Assembly (NCBI GenBank): GCA_027345195.1
Contig: DAHWIJ010000033.1
Span: 81,019 to 145,018 of the forward strand
Reading direction: 5' to 3'
Source: Thermoplasmatales archaeon
GTDB taxonomy: Archaea; Thermoplasmatota; Thermoplasmata; Thermoplasmatales; GCA-001856825
DNA length: 64,000 nt
Of the stretch, positions 45,490-55,402 are shown piece after piece (within the stretch, counting starts at the first letter, position 1; the number at the start of each line of letters is the position of its first letter). The notes beneath the pieces are model-generated. The model made no database searches and was not told the origin of the DNA. It saw only the letters and a program-made list of their open reading frames with translations. Both the position numbers and the translations under genes were made by a program.

Positions 45490-45719
45490 TTCACCTTAAG
45501 CAATGTTCTTCCACCTTCCACGACCTGGAACGGCCTCTTCACCTTTGTAATCTCTTCAATAATCTTGATCCTCTTGTCCATATATTCCCTGAGTTTCTCC
45601 GGATCCCCTTTTCCGAATTCCATTATCTTGCCTGCGTCTATGTACAGGTAAGCCTCCATCTTTACCTTGAACGACTTGTCAGGGTCCAGAGTCTCCAGTT
45701 CGATCTTCGTCACACCCAT
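45486..45719 (-). CDS. small hypothetical protein (77 aa), translationally coupled to the CBS protein
   Basis: ATGA overlap with the downstream gene. Charged, soluble composition; no motif recognised. Confidence 0.45.
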   Translation of the reverse strand: MGVTKIELETLDPDKSFKVKMEAYLYIDAGKIMEFGKGDPEKLREYMDKRIKIIEEITKVKRPFQVVEGGRTLLKVK

Positions 45720-45797
45720 AATAACGATAGGCTGGAATAAAAGTTTTCCGAAGGTGTACTGGAAAGATTTTATTTAAAATTCTATTATATAAATGAA

Positions 45798-46640
45798 ATG
45801 CTCTACTTAGGGTGTTCAGGTTTCCAGTACCCGGACTGGAAGGAGACATTCTACCCCAAGGGGATGGAGGAAAGCAAATACCTGCTTTACTACTATAGGT
45901 TCTTCAATTCTGTGGAAATTGATTCCACGTACTATTCATTTCCAAGTGAAAAGACGGTATCCGCATGGATTACCAAACTGCAGGGGAAGGAAGACTTTGT
46001 CTATTCGCTCAAATTTCCCAGGGATGTCACTCACGATCCAGACGGGATAACCAAGAAGTCAATTGATACAGCCGGCGAATTCGTGAAAAAGGTTATAGTA
46101 CCGATCAAGGGGGCAGGCCTTCTCGGATCTGCCCTCCTACAGCTCTCCCCTTTCCTGGACCCGATGAAGGATCCTGATCTTCTCCTCAGGTTGCAGGACC
46201 TTCTGGCTTCCATAGATTCTGGCACCAAGCTTTCAGTAGAGATAAGAAACAGGAATTTCTTGAATGAGAGCGTGCTGCCTAAGTTCCTCGGTATTTTACG
46301 GAAGTACAATGTGGCCCTCGTGAGCGTAGATTCCCCAGGCCTTCCGTTTTTTTATTATCAGACTGCATCCTTCTCATACGTCCGATTCCACGGAAGGAAC
46401 AGCGACCTCTGGTTCGGGAAGGGGGATCTGAAGGGGAGGCTAAACAAGTATGATTACCTCTACACCGAAGATGAGCTAAGACCGTGGGTCGAGAGAGTTA
46501 GAACAATGGGTGACGAGGTATACATATATTTCAATAACCACGCACAGGCGAAAGCGGCCATAAATGCTGCAGAGTTCCAGAAGTATCTGGGGATAAAGAT
46601 AGTGAGGAAAGAGAGCCAGACCAACCTGAATGCATTTTAA
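45798..46640 (+). CDS. DUF72 (UPF0759) family protein
   Basis: LYLGCSGFQYPDWKETFYP N-terminus, VRFHGRN and YIYFNN near the C-terminus. Confidence 0.8.
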   Translation: MLYLGCSGFQYPDWKETFYPKGMEESKYLLYYYRFFNSVEIDSTYYSFPSEKTVSAWITKLQGKEDFVYSLKFPRDVTHDPDGITKKSIDTAGEFVKKVIVPIKGAGLLGSALLQLSPFLDPMKDPDLLLRLQDLLASIDSGTKLSVEIRNRNFLNESVLPKFLGILRKYNVALVSVDSPGLPFFYYQTASFSYVRFHGRNSDLWFGKGDLKGRLNKYDYLYTEDELRPWVERVRTMGDEVYIYFNNHAQAKAAINAAEFQKYLGIKIVRKESQTNLNAF

Positions 46641-46661
46641 CATGCACGGATTATCTCCTGG

Positions 46662-48260
46662 ATGAAACCGTATCAGAAGTTCGATCTCCTCTCAAGGGAG
46701 AGAATGGATTCATATCTCGGGAAGCGGGGAATAAAAGGTAGCTATAGGGCTTACAGACCCCAGAAGGGATACGGCGATATCACGTTCGATTTCCAGAGGG
46801 AAGCGGTGACCCTTGATCCCGCAGAAATTGAGGCGCTCAGCGATAGATACCTCACTTTCTCGGCTTACGGGAAATTTGTCAACGTACGTTACAGCACTCA
46901 TGAGTTTTCTAGGGCGGTGCTGGAGAGTGCCTTGAGCGGGGAACTTTTTGATTTCGGGAGAAGAAGGGAGAAGATACTTGTGGAACACACAAGTGCAAAT
47001 CCTACCGGACCACTGCACATAGGGAGGGTAAGGAATTCCATCATTGGGGACACCCTGGCACGAATGCTTTCCAGGTACGGCTATCATGTTACCACAGAGT
47101 ACTACGTTAACGACATAGGTACACAGGTCGAAGCACTCCTGCTTGGTACGGAGTTGTTTGGTACTGATAATTATACGGAGTCCTACAGGAAGATATACGA
47201 GAATTTTGATACTTATAAGGCCAAGGTTGAGGAGTACATGGTCAGGGCAGAGTCTGGAGATGATGAGTTCCTCAACTCGTCAAGAAAGCGACTGGAGAAA
47301 TTCCTGGAGGATGTTCTCATAGACCTCAGGAGGCTCTCAATACGATTCGACCTGTTCGTTTGGGAGAGCGAGTTCATTCTCAACGGTTCAGTGAAGAGCA
47401 TAATCGATAAGCTGTCGCCACTCATTAGGGACGACAACGGCGCAAAATACATTGAGTCTGGATCGGAGAAGATGTACCTCGTGAGATCTAACGGAACGAC
47501 AGTTTATTTCACCAGGGACATCGCCCATCATCTCAAGAAGTCTTTGGAATACGACGATTCCATTACCGTACTGGGGGAGGATCACAAGTCATACTTCAAG
47601 AAACTTGAATACGCAATGGATGTACTCGGGGTCCACAATGTGAGGGCCCTTTTCTATTCCTACATATCCACGAAGGAGGGGAAAATGAGCACCAGGAGGG
47701 GAAATGTCGTATATGTAAGGGACTTCATTGACGAAGCTGTAGAGAGGGCAAGGGAGGAGATACTGAAGAGGAGGACAGACCTTGGGGAGAATGAGATCGA
47801 GGAAATCTCGAACAAGATTGGGACGGCTGCAGTGAGGTACCATATAATCAAGTACTCCCCAGACAAGCCTGTGACCTTTGACTGGAAGGAGGCCCTAAAC
47901 TTCGACGGCGATGCGGCTCCGTTCGTCATGTATTCCTACGCTAGGGCAAAATCAATACTTTCGAAGGTTAGCCAGGAGTCTGAGATCGTATGGAAATTCA
48001 ACGATGCCGAGGGAGCCCTCCTGAAGCAAATTTCGCTATATCCAGAGGTACTGGAGGATGCCGTGGTTCATTCAAGGCCAGACAAGTTAGCGAGGTTCTC
48101 CTACGACCTGGCTAGCTCATTCAATCAGTTCTACCGAGACTGCCCGGTTCTGGACAGCGGGGACGACACTCAGCGGAGAATAGAGATCGTACGGACGTTC
48201 ACAAAAACGATGGAAGAATTGTTTCAGATGCTTGGTATACAAGCATCTGACAAAATATAA
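46662..48260 (+). CDS. argS: arginine--tRNA ligase
   Basis: HTSANPTGPLHIGRVRNSIIGD (HIGH), GEDHKSYF, MSTRRG (KMSK equivalent), and a DALR-type anticodon-binding C-terminus. Confidence 0.9.
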   Translation: MKPYQKFDLLSRERMDSYLGKRGIKGSYRAYRPQKGYGDITFDFQREAVTLDPAEIEALSDRYLTFSAYGKFVNVRYSTHEFSRAVLESALSGELFDFGRRREKILVEHTSANPTGPLHIGRVRNSIIGDTLARMLSRYGYHVTTEYYVNDIGTQVEALLLGTELFGTDNYTESYRKIYENFDTYKAKVEEYMVRAESGDDEFLNSSRKRLEKFLEDVLIDLRRLSIRFDLFVWESEFILNGSVKSIIDKLSPLIRDDNGAKYIESGSEKMYLVRSNGTTVYFTRDIAHHLKKSLEYDDSITVLGEDHKSYFKKLEYAMDVLGVHNVRALFYSYISTKEGKMSTRRGNVVYVRDFIDEAVERAREEILKRRTDLGENEIEEISNKIGTAAVRYHIIKYSPDKPVTFDWKEALNFDGDAAPFVMYSYARAKSILSKVSQESEIVWKFNDAEGALLKQISLYPEVLEDAVVHSRPDKLARFSYDLASSFNQFYRDCPVLDSGDDTQRRIEIVRTFTKTMEELFQMLGIQASDKI

Positions 48261-48276
48261 AGAGGAAATAAAGATT

Positions 48277-51171
48277 CTAGACCTTCAACTGCTTCTTCGG
48301 TTGCTTTGGCTCCTTTGGCCTCTTCCTCCTCACAGTCACGTCATAGTATATGAACGACAGTACGCCTATCGCCACTATTATTCCTCCCACAAGGGCAGGA
48401 AGCTTCCAGGCTGCCTGAGCAACAGAGATTGCCTTCGTTACCGAGGTATTCGTTGTGAAGAACGCAGGTTCATTGAGGGCATGAACGGTAATCACCATAG
48501 AATAGCTTCCGGAGCTCGGAGGAACGAAAGTTATGGAGGCATTGTAGGACTGGTTTGATGAAAGATTTGTGAATGTCTGATTCTTTACGATCTTTGACCC
48601 GATCTTCACGGTGACATAGTAGCTGGATGCAGTGTGAATCCCAACGTTCTTGATGACCAGCTTGAGAATTGATGATGAACCCTCCACGTATGTCTTGGGG
48701 TATGTGACGTTCGTTATCTCCAGTTCCGGCCCGACCGCCCCGACGCTGAGGCTCTGCGACATGGTGTTTGTGTTGTTCGACTGGTCTGTTGCCTTCAGTT
48801 TTATTTCAAATATGCCGTACTGCAGGAACGCTACTGTGAGCGTTGAATTGTTTGACGATGCAAAATAGACCTTGTAATCTACCCCGTTCTTTGCAACAGT
48901 GCCATTGGAGAACGAGAAGTACCAGGTGTAGGAGACTATGTGACCGCCATCAGGTGCTGATGTCTTTGACCCGTTGAGGGATACGTTCTGATACTGCCTA
49001 GCGGAAGAGATTACTTTCCCTGATGTGATGTTGTATATCTGGAATGCAACTATTGGAGGCGTTGTGTCGTTGACATGAATAGAAATGCTCACATTGAAAC
49101 TGTTCCCGACCCCATTCATAACCGTCGCATAAGCGTGTTCCACTGTTGAATTGAATGTCGGAGTGTTGAAAGAGTAGGACACGTTCGTTCCCGTTTCTGA
49201 GGAACCAGCGATCTTCCAGTTCACAGATATGGGAATTCCTGTTGACTTCCCGGATGGGAGAAGGTCCTTGGATTTGATGGAGTTGAAGTAGACTGTCTGG
49301 GTCTGGTTTACGTATAGCACATAGGAAGCAGATGTGGAAGTGGTTGCATTGAGCCTGATGTGACCGTTCTGGATTACCTGGAGGCTGAACAGGGGGTCCA
49401 TTGCGTCGCCTATGATGGTGAAATTCGTCTGGTTGGTGACACCGCTTGAACTCCTTACTGTTAGAGATATGGAATGTGAACCACTTGTGAAGTTGTAGCT
49501 GATGTTGTATCCGTACATTGGAAGCCCGTCTATGCTCCACGTAAAGTTCATCTGCTGGTAATTGTCCATCCCGAGCACGGAATCGTAAGGCACCCTGCTA
49601 GCATTTAAAGTGACTTGCTTCCCAACGGGAACAAGCAAGGTGAAATTCGAAGATGTGTTAGACGAGATCGTAGGTTCAAAGTAACCACTCCAGGTGGCGG
49701 AAATCTGGCTCAGCTTCAGAAGCGGTTTCTGCTGTGGCGCTATGTTGATTGTGATGAACCCGTTTATGCTGCTGTTCGTTATAGTTATCGTACCAGAAAA
49801 ACCTGAGACCGTGGCGACGCTAGAGTTTATTATGTTGGACCTCTGGTAGGGCGAGGGGATGCTCAGCTTGGTTATATAGGTCAGTGCAGTGAGATTGTCA
49901 TTGTTCTGGTTTATGTAGACCCTGATGCTGCTATAGCTCTGGACCTTCACATTAGGCTGTGAATATGTTGCAGTGTAGTTGAACGTGAAACTACCTCCTG
50001 ATGCGGTGAAAGTTGTATGCATACCTGTGGAGTTGTAGGAGTAATTGTTGTAAAGCACCGTGTTAGCGGTTGTGTAAGGGACTGTGACGTTCAGTACGCT
50101 CCAGAGTTCCCCCGCACTGAGGCCGTCCAATTTCAACTGCTCATAGAGCGAGCCTGCGTTAGAATAGGGAAGGAATGGGAGAGTGGTTGCGTTATTAAGG
50201 GTCACTCCACCGCTGATTGTCAGATTTTGGAAATTGGACCCAAAGGTTATGGACTGAGTTTCCACGACCTTGGACGGAGTGAGCTCAACCGTCTGATAAT
50301 ATGCGCTTCCCCCGGGGGACGTTGTGACAGTTAGGGCTTCTGGCAGATAGCCAGGTGAAGAGATTATTAGGCCGTACGTGCCTGGCGCCAGGGATAGGTA
50401 GTAATATCCGTTAGTGAATTCATCGGATGCCAAAAGGCTCCCGTTCTGATATATTGATACTTCAACCAGGTTGACGAACTTGCCACTTGTAGACGTAACA
50501 GTTCCCTGGACGTTCTGTGAAGAACTGACGTTTGCAACTACGCTGTTGTTCTTCGAAGAGGATACGCCGGTGAGATACTCAGAATAGAATGCCTTTGATG
50601 TTGAGTTGTATTCCACTGTAAGCGTCTGTGACTCTGCCACCGTGGTGACGGCAAATCCTGAGTTAGGATTGGAGGAGTTAACCTTCGTGGCCATCAGTTC
50701 CAGGCCATTTGGCAGCGTCAGATAGACTGAAGATATCTGGGACTGCACCACTCCCTTTACCGTTACATACACGTAGGCGTTCGCAATAGAATAGCCGACG
50801 CTGATTGTCTTTGCCACCGACCCATCAATGTACGCAGTTCCATTGCTTTGCACATTTACGCTCGCATGGAATGCATTATAGACGATGGATGATGACGAGA
50901 TCTGACTTGGAATATAAATCACATACTGCCCGGGATACACCTGGAACGCAACGTTTGGATTTGAAACGCTGCTTGCCAAAACAACCCCGTTCGCGCTCTC
51001 CAGCTGGACGCTGACTCCGCTTGCCGGGGACTGTCCGTTCCCCAGCACTTCGAAACTAAATGTTACCTTCTCCGCTCCTTGAACTTGGCCGAGTGCCGCT
51101 CCCAAGAGTCCTCCCATTAACATAATGGTGATGACGAACAGAGCTGCTGTTTTTCCAGATTTCTTTAGCAT
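48277..51171 (-). CDS. large exported, C-terminally anchored surface glycoprotein (S-layer/cell-envelope candidate)
   Basis: Signal peptide (KTAALFVITIMLMGGLLGAALGQVQG). 964 aa, rich in S/T/N/V/Y, with about 42 N-x-S/T sequons by my count. CarboxypepD_reg-like strands (YPGQYVIYI, APGTYGLIISSPGY) and Ig/PKD-like repeats. C-terminal TM helix plus RRKRPKEPKQPKKQLKV tail. Confidence 0.7.
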   Translation of the reverse strand: MLKKSGKTAALFVITIMLMGGLLGAALGQVQGAEKVTFSFEVLGNGQSPASGVSVQLESANGVVLASSVSNPNVAFQVYPGQYVIYIPSQISSSSIVYNAFHASVNVQSNGTAYIDGSVAKTISVGYSIANAYVYVTVKGVVQSQISSVYLTLPNGLELMATKVNSSNPNSGFAVTTVAESQTLTVEYNSTSKAFYSEYLTGVSSSKNNSVVANVSSSQNVQGTVTSTSGKFVNLVEVSIYQNGSLLASDEFTNGYYYLSLAPGTYGLIISSPGYLPEALTVTTSPGGSAYYQTVELTPSKVVETQSITFGSNFQNLTISGGVTLNNATTLPFLPYSNAGSLYEQLKLDGLSAGELWSVLNVTVPYTTANTVLYNNYSYNSTGMHTTFTASGGSFTFNYTATYSQPNVKVQSYSSIRVYINQNNDNLTALTYITKLSIPSPYQRSNIINSSVATVSGFSGTITITNSSINGFITINIAPQQKPLLKLSQISATWSGYFEPTISSNTSSNFTLLVPVGKQVTLNASRVPYDSVLGMDNYQQMNFTWSIDGLPMYGYNISYNFTSGSHSISLTVRSSSGVTNQTNFTIIGDAMDPLFSLQVIQNGHIRLNATTSTSASYVLYVNQTQTVYFNSIKSKDLLPSGKSTGIPISVNWKIAGSSETGTNVSYSFNTPTFNSTVEHAYATVMNGVGNSFNVSISIHVNDTTPPIVAFQIYNITSGKVISSARQYQNVSLNGSKTSAPDGGHIVSYTWYFSFSNGTVAKNGVDYKVYFASSNNSTLTVAFLQYGIFEIKLKATDQSNNTNTMSQSLSVGAVGPELEITNVTYPKTYVEGSSSILKLVIKNVGIHTASSYYVTVKIGSKIVKNQTFTNLSSNQSYNASITFVPPSSGSYSMVITVHALNEPAFFTTNTSVTKAISVAQAAWKLPALVGGIIVAIGVLSFIYYDVTVRRKRPKEPKQPKKQLKV

Positions 51172-51246
51172 CTTGGTATTACCCCCTAAAGATGTCTGGT
51201 AATTATAATTACTATTAAACAGTTGTTATGATTTTTCCTTGCTGGA

Positions 51247-51256
51247 AAAATATATC
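51247..51256 (+). promoter_or_regulatory. TATA-like box upstream of htpX (near-leaderless arrangement)
   Basis: aaaatatatc lies 30-39 nt upstream of the ATG at 51286 in an AT-rich spacer. Confidence 0.3.
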
Positions 51257-51285
51257 TTATCATTATTATATCTAATATAAAAAGT

Positions 51286-52173
51286 ATGTCGAAAACGGTT
51301 AAATTTCAAATTTTAATTCCCTGGTTAATGAGCGGACTAAGATTATTGGTAGCGTTTCTCTTCCTGTTTGCGATATTCACTCTTGCAGGCCTGATCATAG
51401 GATACATTGTCGGCAACGCTTTGGTATGGATGGTAGTCTTCATAGCATTCGCAGGGTTCATGAATATCTTCTCATATTTCTTCTCCTACAAAATCGTGTT
51501 GTGGAGCTACCACGCGAAGACCCTTCAGGAGAGTGACGACCCAAGGCTCTTCTCAATGGTGAGAGACGTTTCCCAGAATGCAGGGATAGCCATGCCCAAG
51601 ATCGCTATCGCTGACATTCCCGTTCCGAATGCATTTGCCACTGGGAGAAGCAGGAAGAGATCGTACATTGTTTTCACAAGACCGATCTTGAGCCTCCTGA
51701 ATGAGAAGGAACTCAGGGGAGTTATAGGACACGAATTAGGCCACGTAAAGCACAACGACATACTTGTGGTCACTGTGGCCGCGACAATTGCATCTGCTCT
51801 TATGTTGGGCGCTAGGATATTCGGATTCAATGCCCTTTTCGGAGGAAGGAGGAGTGGCCAGGACTTTATCGTTATGGCAGTGCTGCTTGTGGCGGCGATA
51901 GGAGCACTTATGCTTCAACTCGCCATTTCGAGACAGAGGGAGCTCTATGCGGATGAGCACGGGGCACGGGTGAACAACTCATCAGAAGGACTGATAAATG
52001 CACTGACCAAACTGGAAGGGTGGAACAACAGTAGACCCATGCAGAATGCAAACCCTGCAACCTCCAGCCTATTCATCGTCAATCCCCTCGGAAGCGTTAA
52101 TGTCAGGAAGCTCTTCTCCACACACCCCCCTACAGAAATTAGGATCAAGAAGCTGAGGGAGCTAGGAATCTGA
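51286..52173 (+). CDS. htpX: HtpX-like M48 zinc metalloprotease
   Basis: HELGHVKHND (HExxH), 4 TM helices, distal ELYADE glutamate motif, and THPP near the C-terminus. Confidence 0.85.
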   Translation: MSKTVKFQILIPWLMSGLRLLVAFLFLFAIFTLAGLIIGYIVGNALVWMVVFIAFAGFMNIFSYFFSYKIVLWSYHAKTLQESDDPRLFSMVRDVSQNAGIAMPKIAIADIPVPNAFATGRSRKRSYIVFTRPILSLLNEKELRGVIGHELGHVKHNDILVVTVAATIASALMLGARIFGFNALFGGRRSGQDFIVMAVLLVAAIGALMLQLAISRQRELYADEHGARVNNSSEGLINALTKLEGWNNSRPMQNANPATSSLFIVNPLGSVNVRKLFSTHPPTEIRIKKLRELGI

Positions 52174-53118
52174 TCTTTCCGTATCTTTCTCTTCAGTTTT
52201 TCTCTCTTCCGCTTCCACATAAATCCTGTCAACAAATGGTACCGAAGCCTTAATGGATGATTCTATCTCATCAATGACCTTTTCTATCTCCTCCGTGCTT
52301 AGGCCGTCTTTGAAATTCAGGTCCATAGCTAGAAATATCTTTTCTGGTCCCTGATAGATGGCACGAACGTCCAGGATTCTGTTCACAAACCTGTTGGATT
52401 TGAGTATTTCTTCTATCTTCCTTTGATCTGCCTTTGAGATTCCCTCCCCTATGAGAAGGTTCTTGCTCTTTCTTGAAAGGTAAAGGCCGGAGAACATCAT
52501 TATGATTCCAATGACTATTGAAGAAGATGCATCAAAGACCTTGTTACCCGTCACCAACGAGAGTGTTATGCCAACGAAGGCAGTTGCAACCCCGGCTAAA
52601 GCGGCAGTATCCTCCACTAGTGCGGTAAGAAGGACTGTATCCCTGAAGTCTCTTATGAACGAGAAAGGATCACCTCCCCCCTGCTTCCTGTATTTGGATA
52701 TGAAGAACCTTGATGATATCAGAAGGACGTAACCGTCAATGGCACTGGAGAATGCGAGGACGATGTACGCAGATATCGGGTCCTCTATCCTGTACGTAGA
52801 AGTGAGCTTGATTATCCCTTCCGCGAACGTGAGAACTCCGGAGATGCCGAATACTAGTACCGCAACAACGAACGACCAAAAGAATTGCTCCCTCCCCCTT
52901 CCGAACGGAAATTTTGAGGGGTCCTTCTTTGCGCTTAGATTGTAGCCAATGAGAAGAAGGAACTGGTTCATGGTATCAGAAGAAGAATGAATAGCTTCAG
53001 CAAGCATTGCCGCACTGCCGCTAAGTATCGCAGCCGCATACTTGGCAATGGCTATGAGAAAGTCTCCGAGCAGTGCTCTCGTTACGACATTTTTTGTCGT
53101 TGTCTTAGCTATGGGCAT
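52162..53118 (-). CDS. cation diffusion facilitator (CDF) family metal transporter
   Basis: Six TM helices with HSSSD (TM2 HxxxD) and VEDTAA (TM5), plus a C-terminal cytoplasmic alpha/beta domain. Confidence 0.8.
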   Translation of the reverse strand: MPIAKTTTKNVVTRALLGDFLIAIAKYAAAILSGSAAMLAEAIHSSSDTMNQFLLLIGYNLSAKKDPSKFPFGRGREQFFWSFVVAVLVFGISGVLTFAEGIIKLTSTYRIEDPISAYIVLAFSSAIDGYVLLISSRFFISKYRKQGGGDPFSFIRDFRDTVLLTALVEDTAALAGVATAFVGITLSLVTGNKVFDASSSIVIGIIMMFSGLYLSRKSKNLLIGEGISKADQRKIEEILKSNRFVNRILDVRAIYQGPEKIFLAMDLNFKDGLSTEEIEKVIDEIESSIKASVPFVDRIYVEAEERKTEEKDTERSDS

Positions 53119-53172
53119 CCTCTTCTTCAGTGGTACTCCTACAGTTTCGAATATTTAAATAACCCGTCAAAA

Positions 53173-53442
53173 TTACGAGATGAGGGAGACTTCCTCTACC
53201 TCAACCTCACCCACGCCATCTAACGACCTTATCTTCTGTTCTACGCTGTCTACAACTCCACCCTCATCACTCAGGATGACTATGATCCTTAGCACCTTAA
53301 TTCCGAATGCCAGTTCCTCTACGGTGCTCTTCCCAAGGGTGAACGTTTTTGACAGTTCATCTTTCAGTTTCCTTTCCATGGACGATATATCCTTGCTTTC
53401 GTCTGAAGGCATTACCTTGAAAGATACTGCAACCTTTCCCAA
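53173..53442 (-). CDS. elongation factor 1-beta (aEF-1beta)
   Basis: (M)GKVAVSFKVMPSDESKDI...AFGIKVLRIIVILSDEGGVVDSVEQKIRSLDGVGEVEVEEVSLIS is the family pattern. A TTG at 53442, 3 nt after the upstream stop, gives the canonical MG..V..KVMP N-terminus. The listed ATG at 53466 would add 8 atypical residues and overlap the zinc-finger gene. Confidence 0.8.
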   Translation of the reverse strand: MGKVAVSFKVMPSDESKDISSMERKLKDELSKTFTLGKSTVEELAFGIKVLRIIVILSDEGGVVDSVEQKIRSLDGVGEVEVEEVSLIS

Positions 53443-53444
53443 TC

Positions 53445-53618
53445 CTATGGCCCCCTGAAACCACATTTAGGGCACACATAAGGGACAGAAAGTTCCCTGC
53501 AGTTGTTGCACCTGCTTATTGTTTCCTGGCCGCAGGAAGGACACTTGAACGTAGTTGCTCCCCTCTCCTGAAGGCCTGTTCCGCATGACGTACAGAACTC
53601 GAGCGCGTTGACTTCCAT
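53445..53618 (-). CDS. small four-CxxC zinc-finger protein (COG2888/HVO_2753-like), not in the supplied ORF track
   Basis: My translation of the minus strand: [57 protein letters not shown]. It has four CxxC knuckles and is 57 aa. It sits immediately upstream of aEF-1beta, the arrangement known for this family. Confidence 0.7.
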   Translation of the reverse strand: MEVNALEFCTSCGTGLQERGATTFKCPSCGQETISRCNNCRELSVPYVCPKCGFRGP

Positions 53619-53665
53619 GAGGGATGCGTATGCCTTCAGGCATAAAAAGTCTGTCGGTTCCAGAT

Positions 53666-55396
53666 TCAGCTTCCCCAGAAAGGATTCGTTTTCCTTCTTA
53701 TGTTCCTGATTTCATCCATTATCATGTTCTCGTCTGTCGTGAGCTCTTCATCCTTCAGGAGCCTGAAATCCCTCTCCCCTATGTCTGAATAGAGGATGTC
53801 CCCTTCCCTTATCTGCCTGCCGATTGTTATTCCATCCATTGCAATCGCAACTTCCTCTCCTTGTTTCGCCTCGTCCAGTGATTGCTCTCCACTGCGTATG
53901 CTCTTTACATTACCGACGTTTGATCCGTCCGTCTTCATCAGAGGTGTCTTCGTGCTAAGCCTCCCTCCCAGAATACGGACCCCAAATATGGCTGGCTTAG
54001 AGACCCTGAACACGTTCCCTTCCATTACCAGCAGTTTGCAAGGAAATGTCATCGACTTCCGCTTTTCCTCAAGCTGTTTTAGTTTTATTTCCTCCCTTGC
54101 TCTTACCAAATCGTCCTTGATGGAATATATGATCTTGTTCTCTATTACCCTCACTTCAGGAATGCCTGACACCTCCACCGGTACGTTGAATGCCACTATA
54201 ATTCTGTCCTCCGGCAGGGTATTAGTTGAAGCATCCGTAAAATCCCTTTTGGATACCGGTCCAACCTCCGCTTTTTTTATCGGAATGTTGATCCTTCCCA
54301 GTTCATAGACCAGCGCTTCAAGACCTCCAACTGTGTCGGCCTTGGCAACGATCCCCTCAGCTGAAGGCTTGAATGAGCTCTTTATTGCTTCCTCTATTGT
54401 CTTCTTCAGAGTAATCAGGTCACCCATCGCCGCTTTGAACGGACTCCCGGGTATGACCCCTCCTTCACCTTGGAACAGTATCCTTATCCCTGAGGCTGCC
54501 CTGACTTCAGAGACCGGCAGGAACCTGTCCCTCGGATCCCTTATCTCGTCCAGGGGCTTCGGCTTGAAGATTCCCTTTACCTTAAGCGCCTTGATTCCGT
54601 TGACAGTCCCCGTTAGGACGGTTTCCCCCCGCTTGATTATGCCACTGTATAGAATCGCATCAGATACCTCTCCCATTCCCTTTTCCTCTCTGACTTCCAG
54701 AATCGTCCCCTCTGCCGTTTCATCCTCGTTCCTGAGTTGCAGTTCCAGAAAGGTCTGGGCCAAGCCAGCCAGGACCATCAGAAGGTCCGGGACGCCGTAG
54801 CCGGTCTTTGCTGACAACGGGACAATGGCAACATTTCTCGTAAAGTCCGATATCCTGTCGTATCGGTCTGCGCTGAACCCCTCCCTGTAGAGCTGGGAGG
54901 AAAGCTGTAATAGTTTATTGTCAAGCTCGTCCATCCTTGATACGTCAATTTTGCCCACGGATTGCAGAAAGGCACCCCTCATTCCGGAAAACCCCTCGAT
55001 GAGGTCGACCTTGTTGGCAGCTACTACGAACGGAGTTTTGAACCTCTTCAGCACCTCCAGAGATTCCTTGGTCTGGGGCATAATTCCCTCCCTCACGTCA
55101 ATAACAAGGACAGCAATATCTGCGATTGAGCCACCCCTGATCCTTAGACTGGAGAATGATTCATGCCCCGGAGTATCTATAAAAAGCAACCCAGGTATCT
55201 TGAATGCCCTGTTCCCTATTATGTCCTTGCAGATCCTTATTATTTCCTGAATCGGTACCTCTGTTGCCCCTATATGCTGGGTGATCCCGCCAGCTTCCCT
55301 GGCTGCGACCACCCCACCCCTGATGTTGTCTAGAAGCGAAGTCTTGCCGTGATCAACGTGACCGAGAACCCCCACAATAGGTTGCCTGACCCACAT
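53666..55396 (-). CDS. infB: translation initiation factor aIF5B (IF-2)
   Basis: [12 protein letters not shown] (G1), DTPGHESF (G3), NKVD (G4). 576 aa. Confidence 0.9.
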   Translation of the reverse strand: MWVRQPIVGVLGHVDHGKTSLLDNIRGGVVAAREAGGITQHIGATEVPIQEIIRICKDIIGNRAFKIPGLLFIDTPGHESFSSLRIRGGSIADIAVLVIDVREGIMPQTKESLEVLKRFKTPFVVAANKVDLIEGFSGMRGAFLQSVGKIDVSRMDELDNKLLQLSSQLYREGFSADRYDRISDFTRNVAIVPLSAKTGYGVPDLLMVLAGLAQTFLELQLRNEDETAEGTILEVREEKGMGEVSDAILYSGIIKRGETVLTGTVNGIKALKVKGIFKPKPLDEIRDPRDRFLPVSEVRAASGIRILFQGEGGVIPGSPFKAAMGDLITLKKTIEEAIKSSFKPSAEGIVAKADTVGGLEALVYELGRINIPIKKAEVGPVSKRDFTDASTNTLPEDRIIVAFNVPVEVSGIPEVRVIENKIIYSIKDDLVRAREEIKLKQLEEKRKSMTFPCKLLVMEGNVFRVSKPAIFGVRILGGRLSTKTPLMKTDGSNVGNVKSIRSGEQSLDEAKQGEEVAIAMDGITIGRQIREGDILYSDIGERDFRLLKDEELTTDENMIMDEIRNIRRKTNPFWGS

Positions 55397-55402
55397 CGGA
55401 AA

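Noticed and set aside
48494-51014. Multiple 60-180-aa ORFs in other frames or on the other strand inside the 964-aa surface-protein gene (for example 48998-49540, 50017-50334).
   Set aside because: They are nested in a long, well-supported ORF. Their Arg/His/Cys-rich composition is typical of off-frame translation, and they have no motifs.
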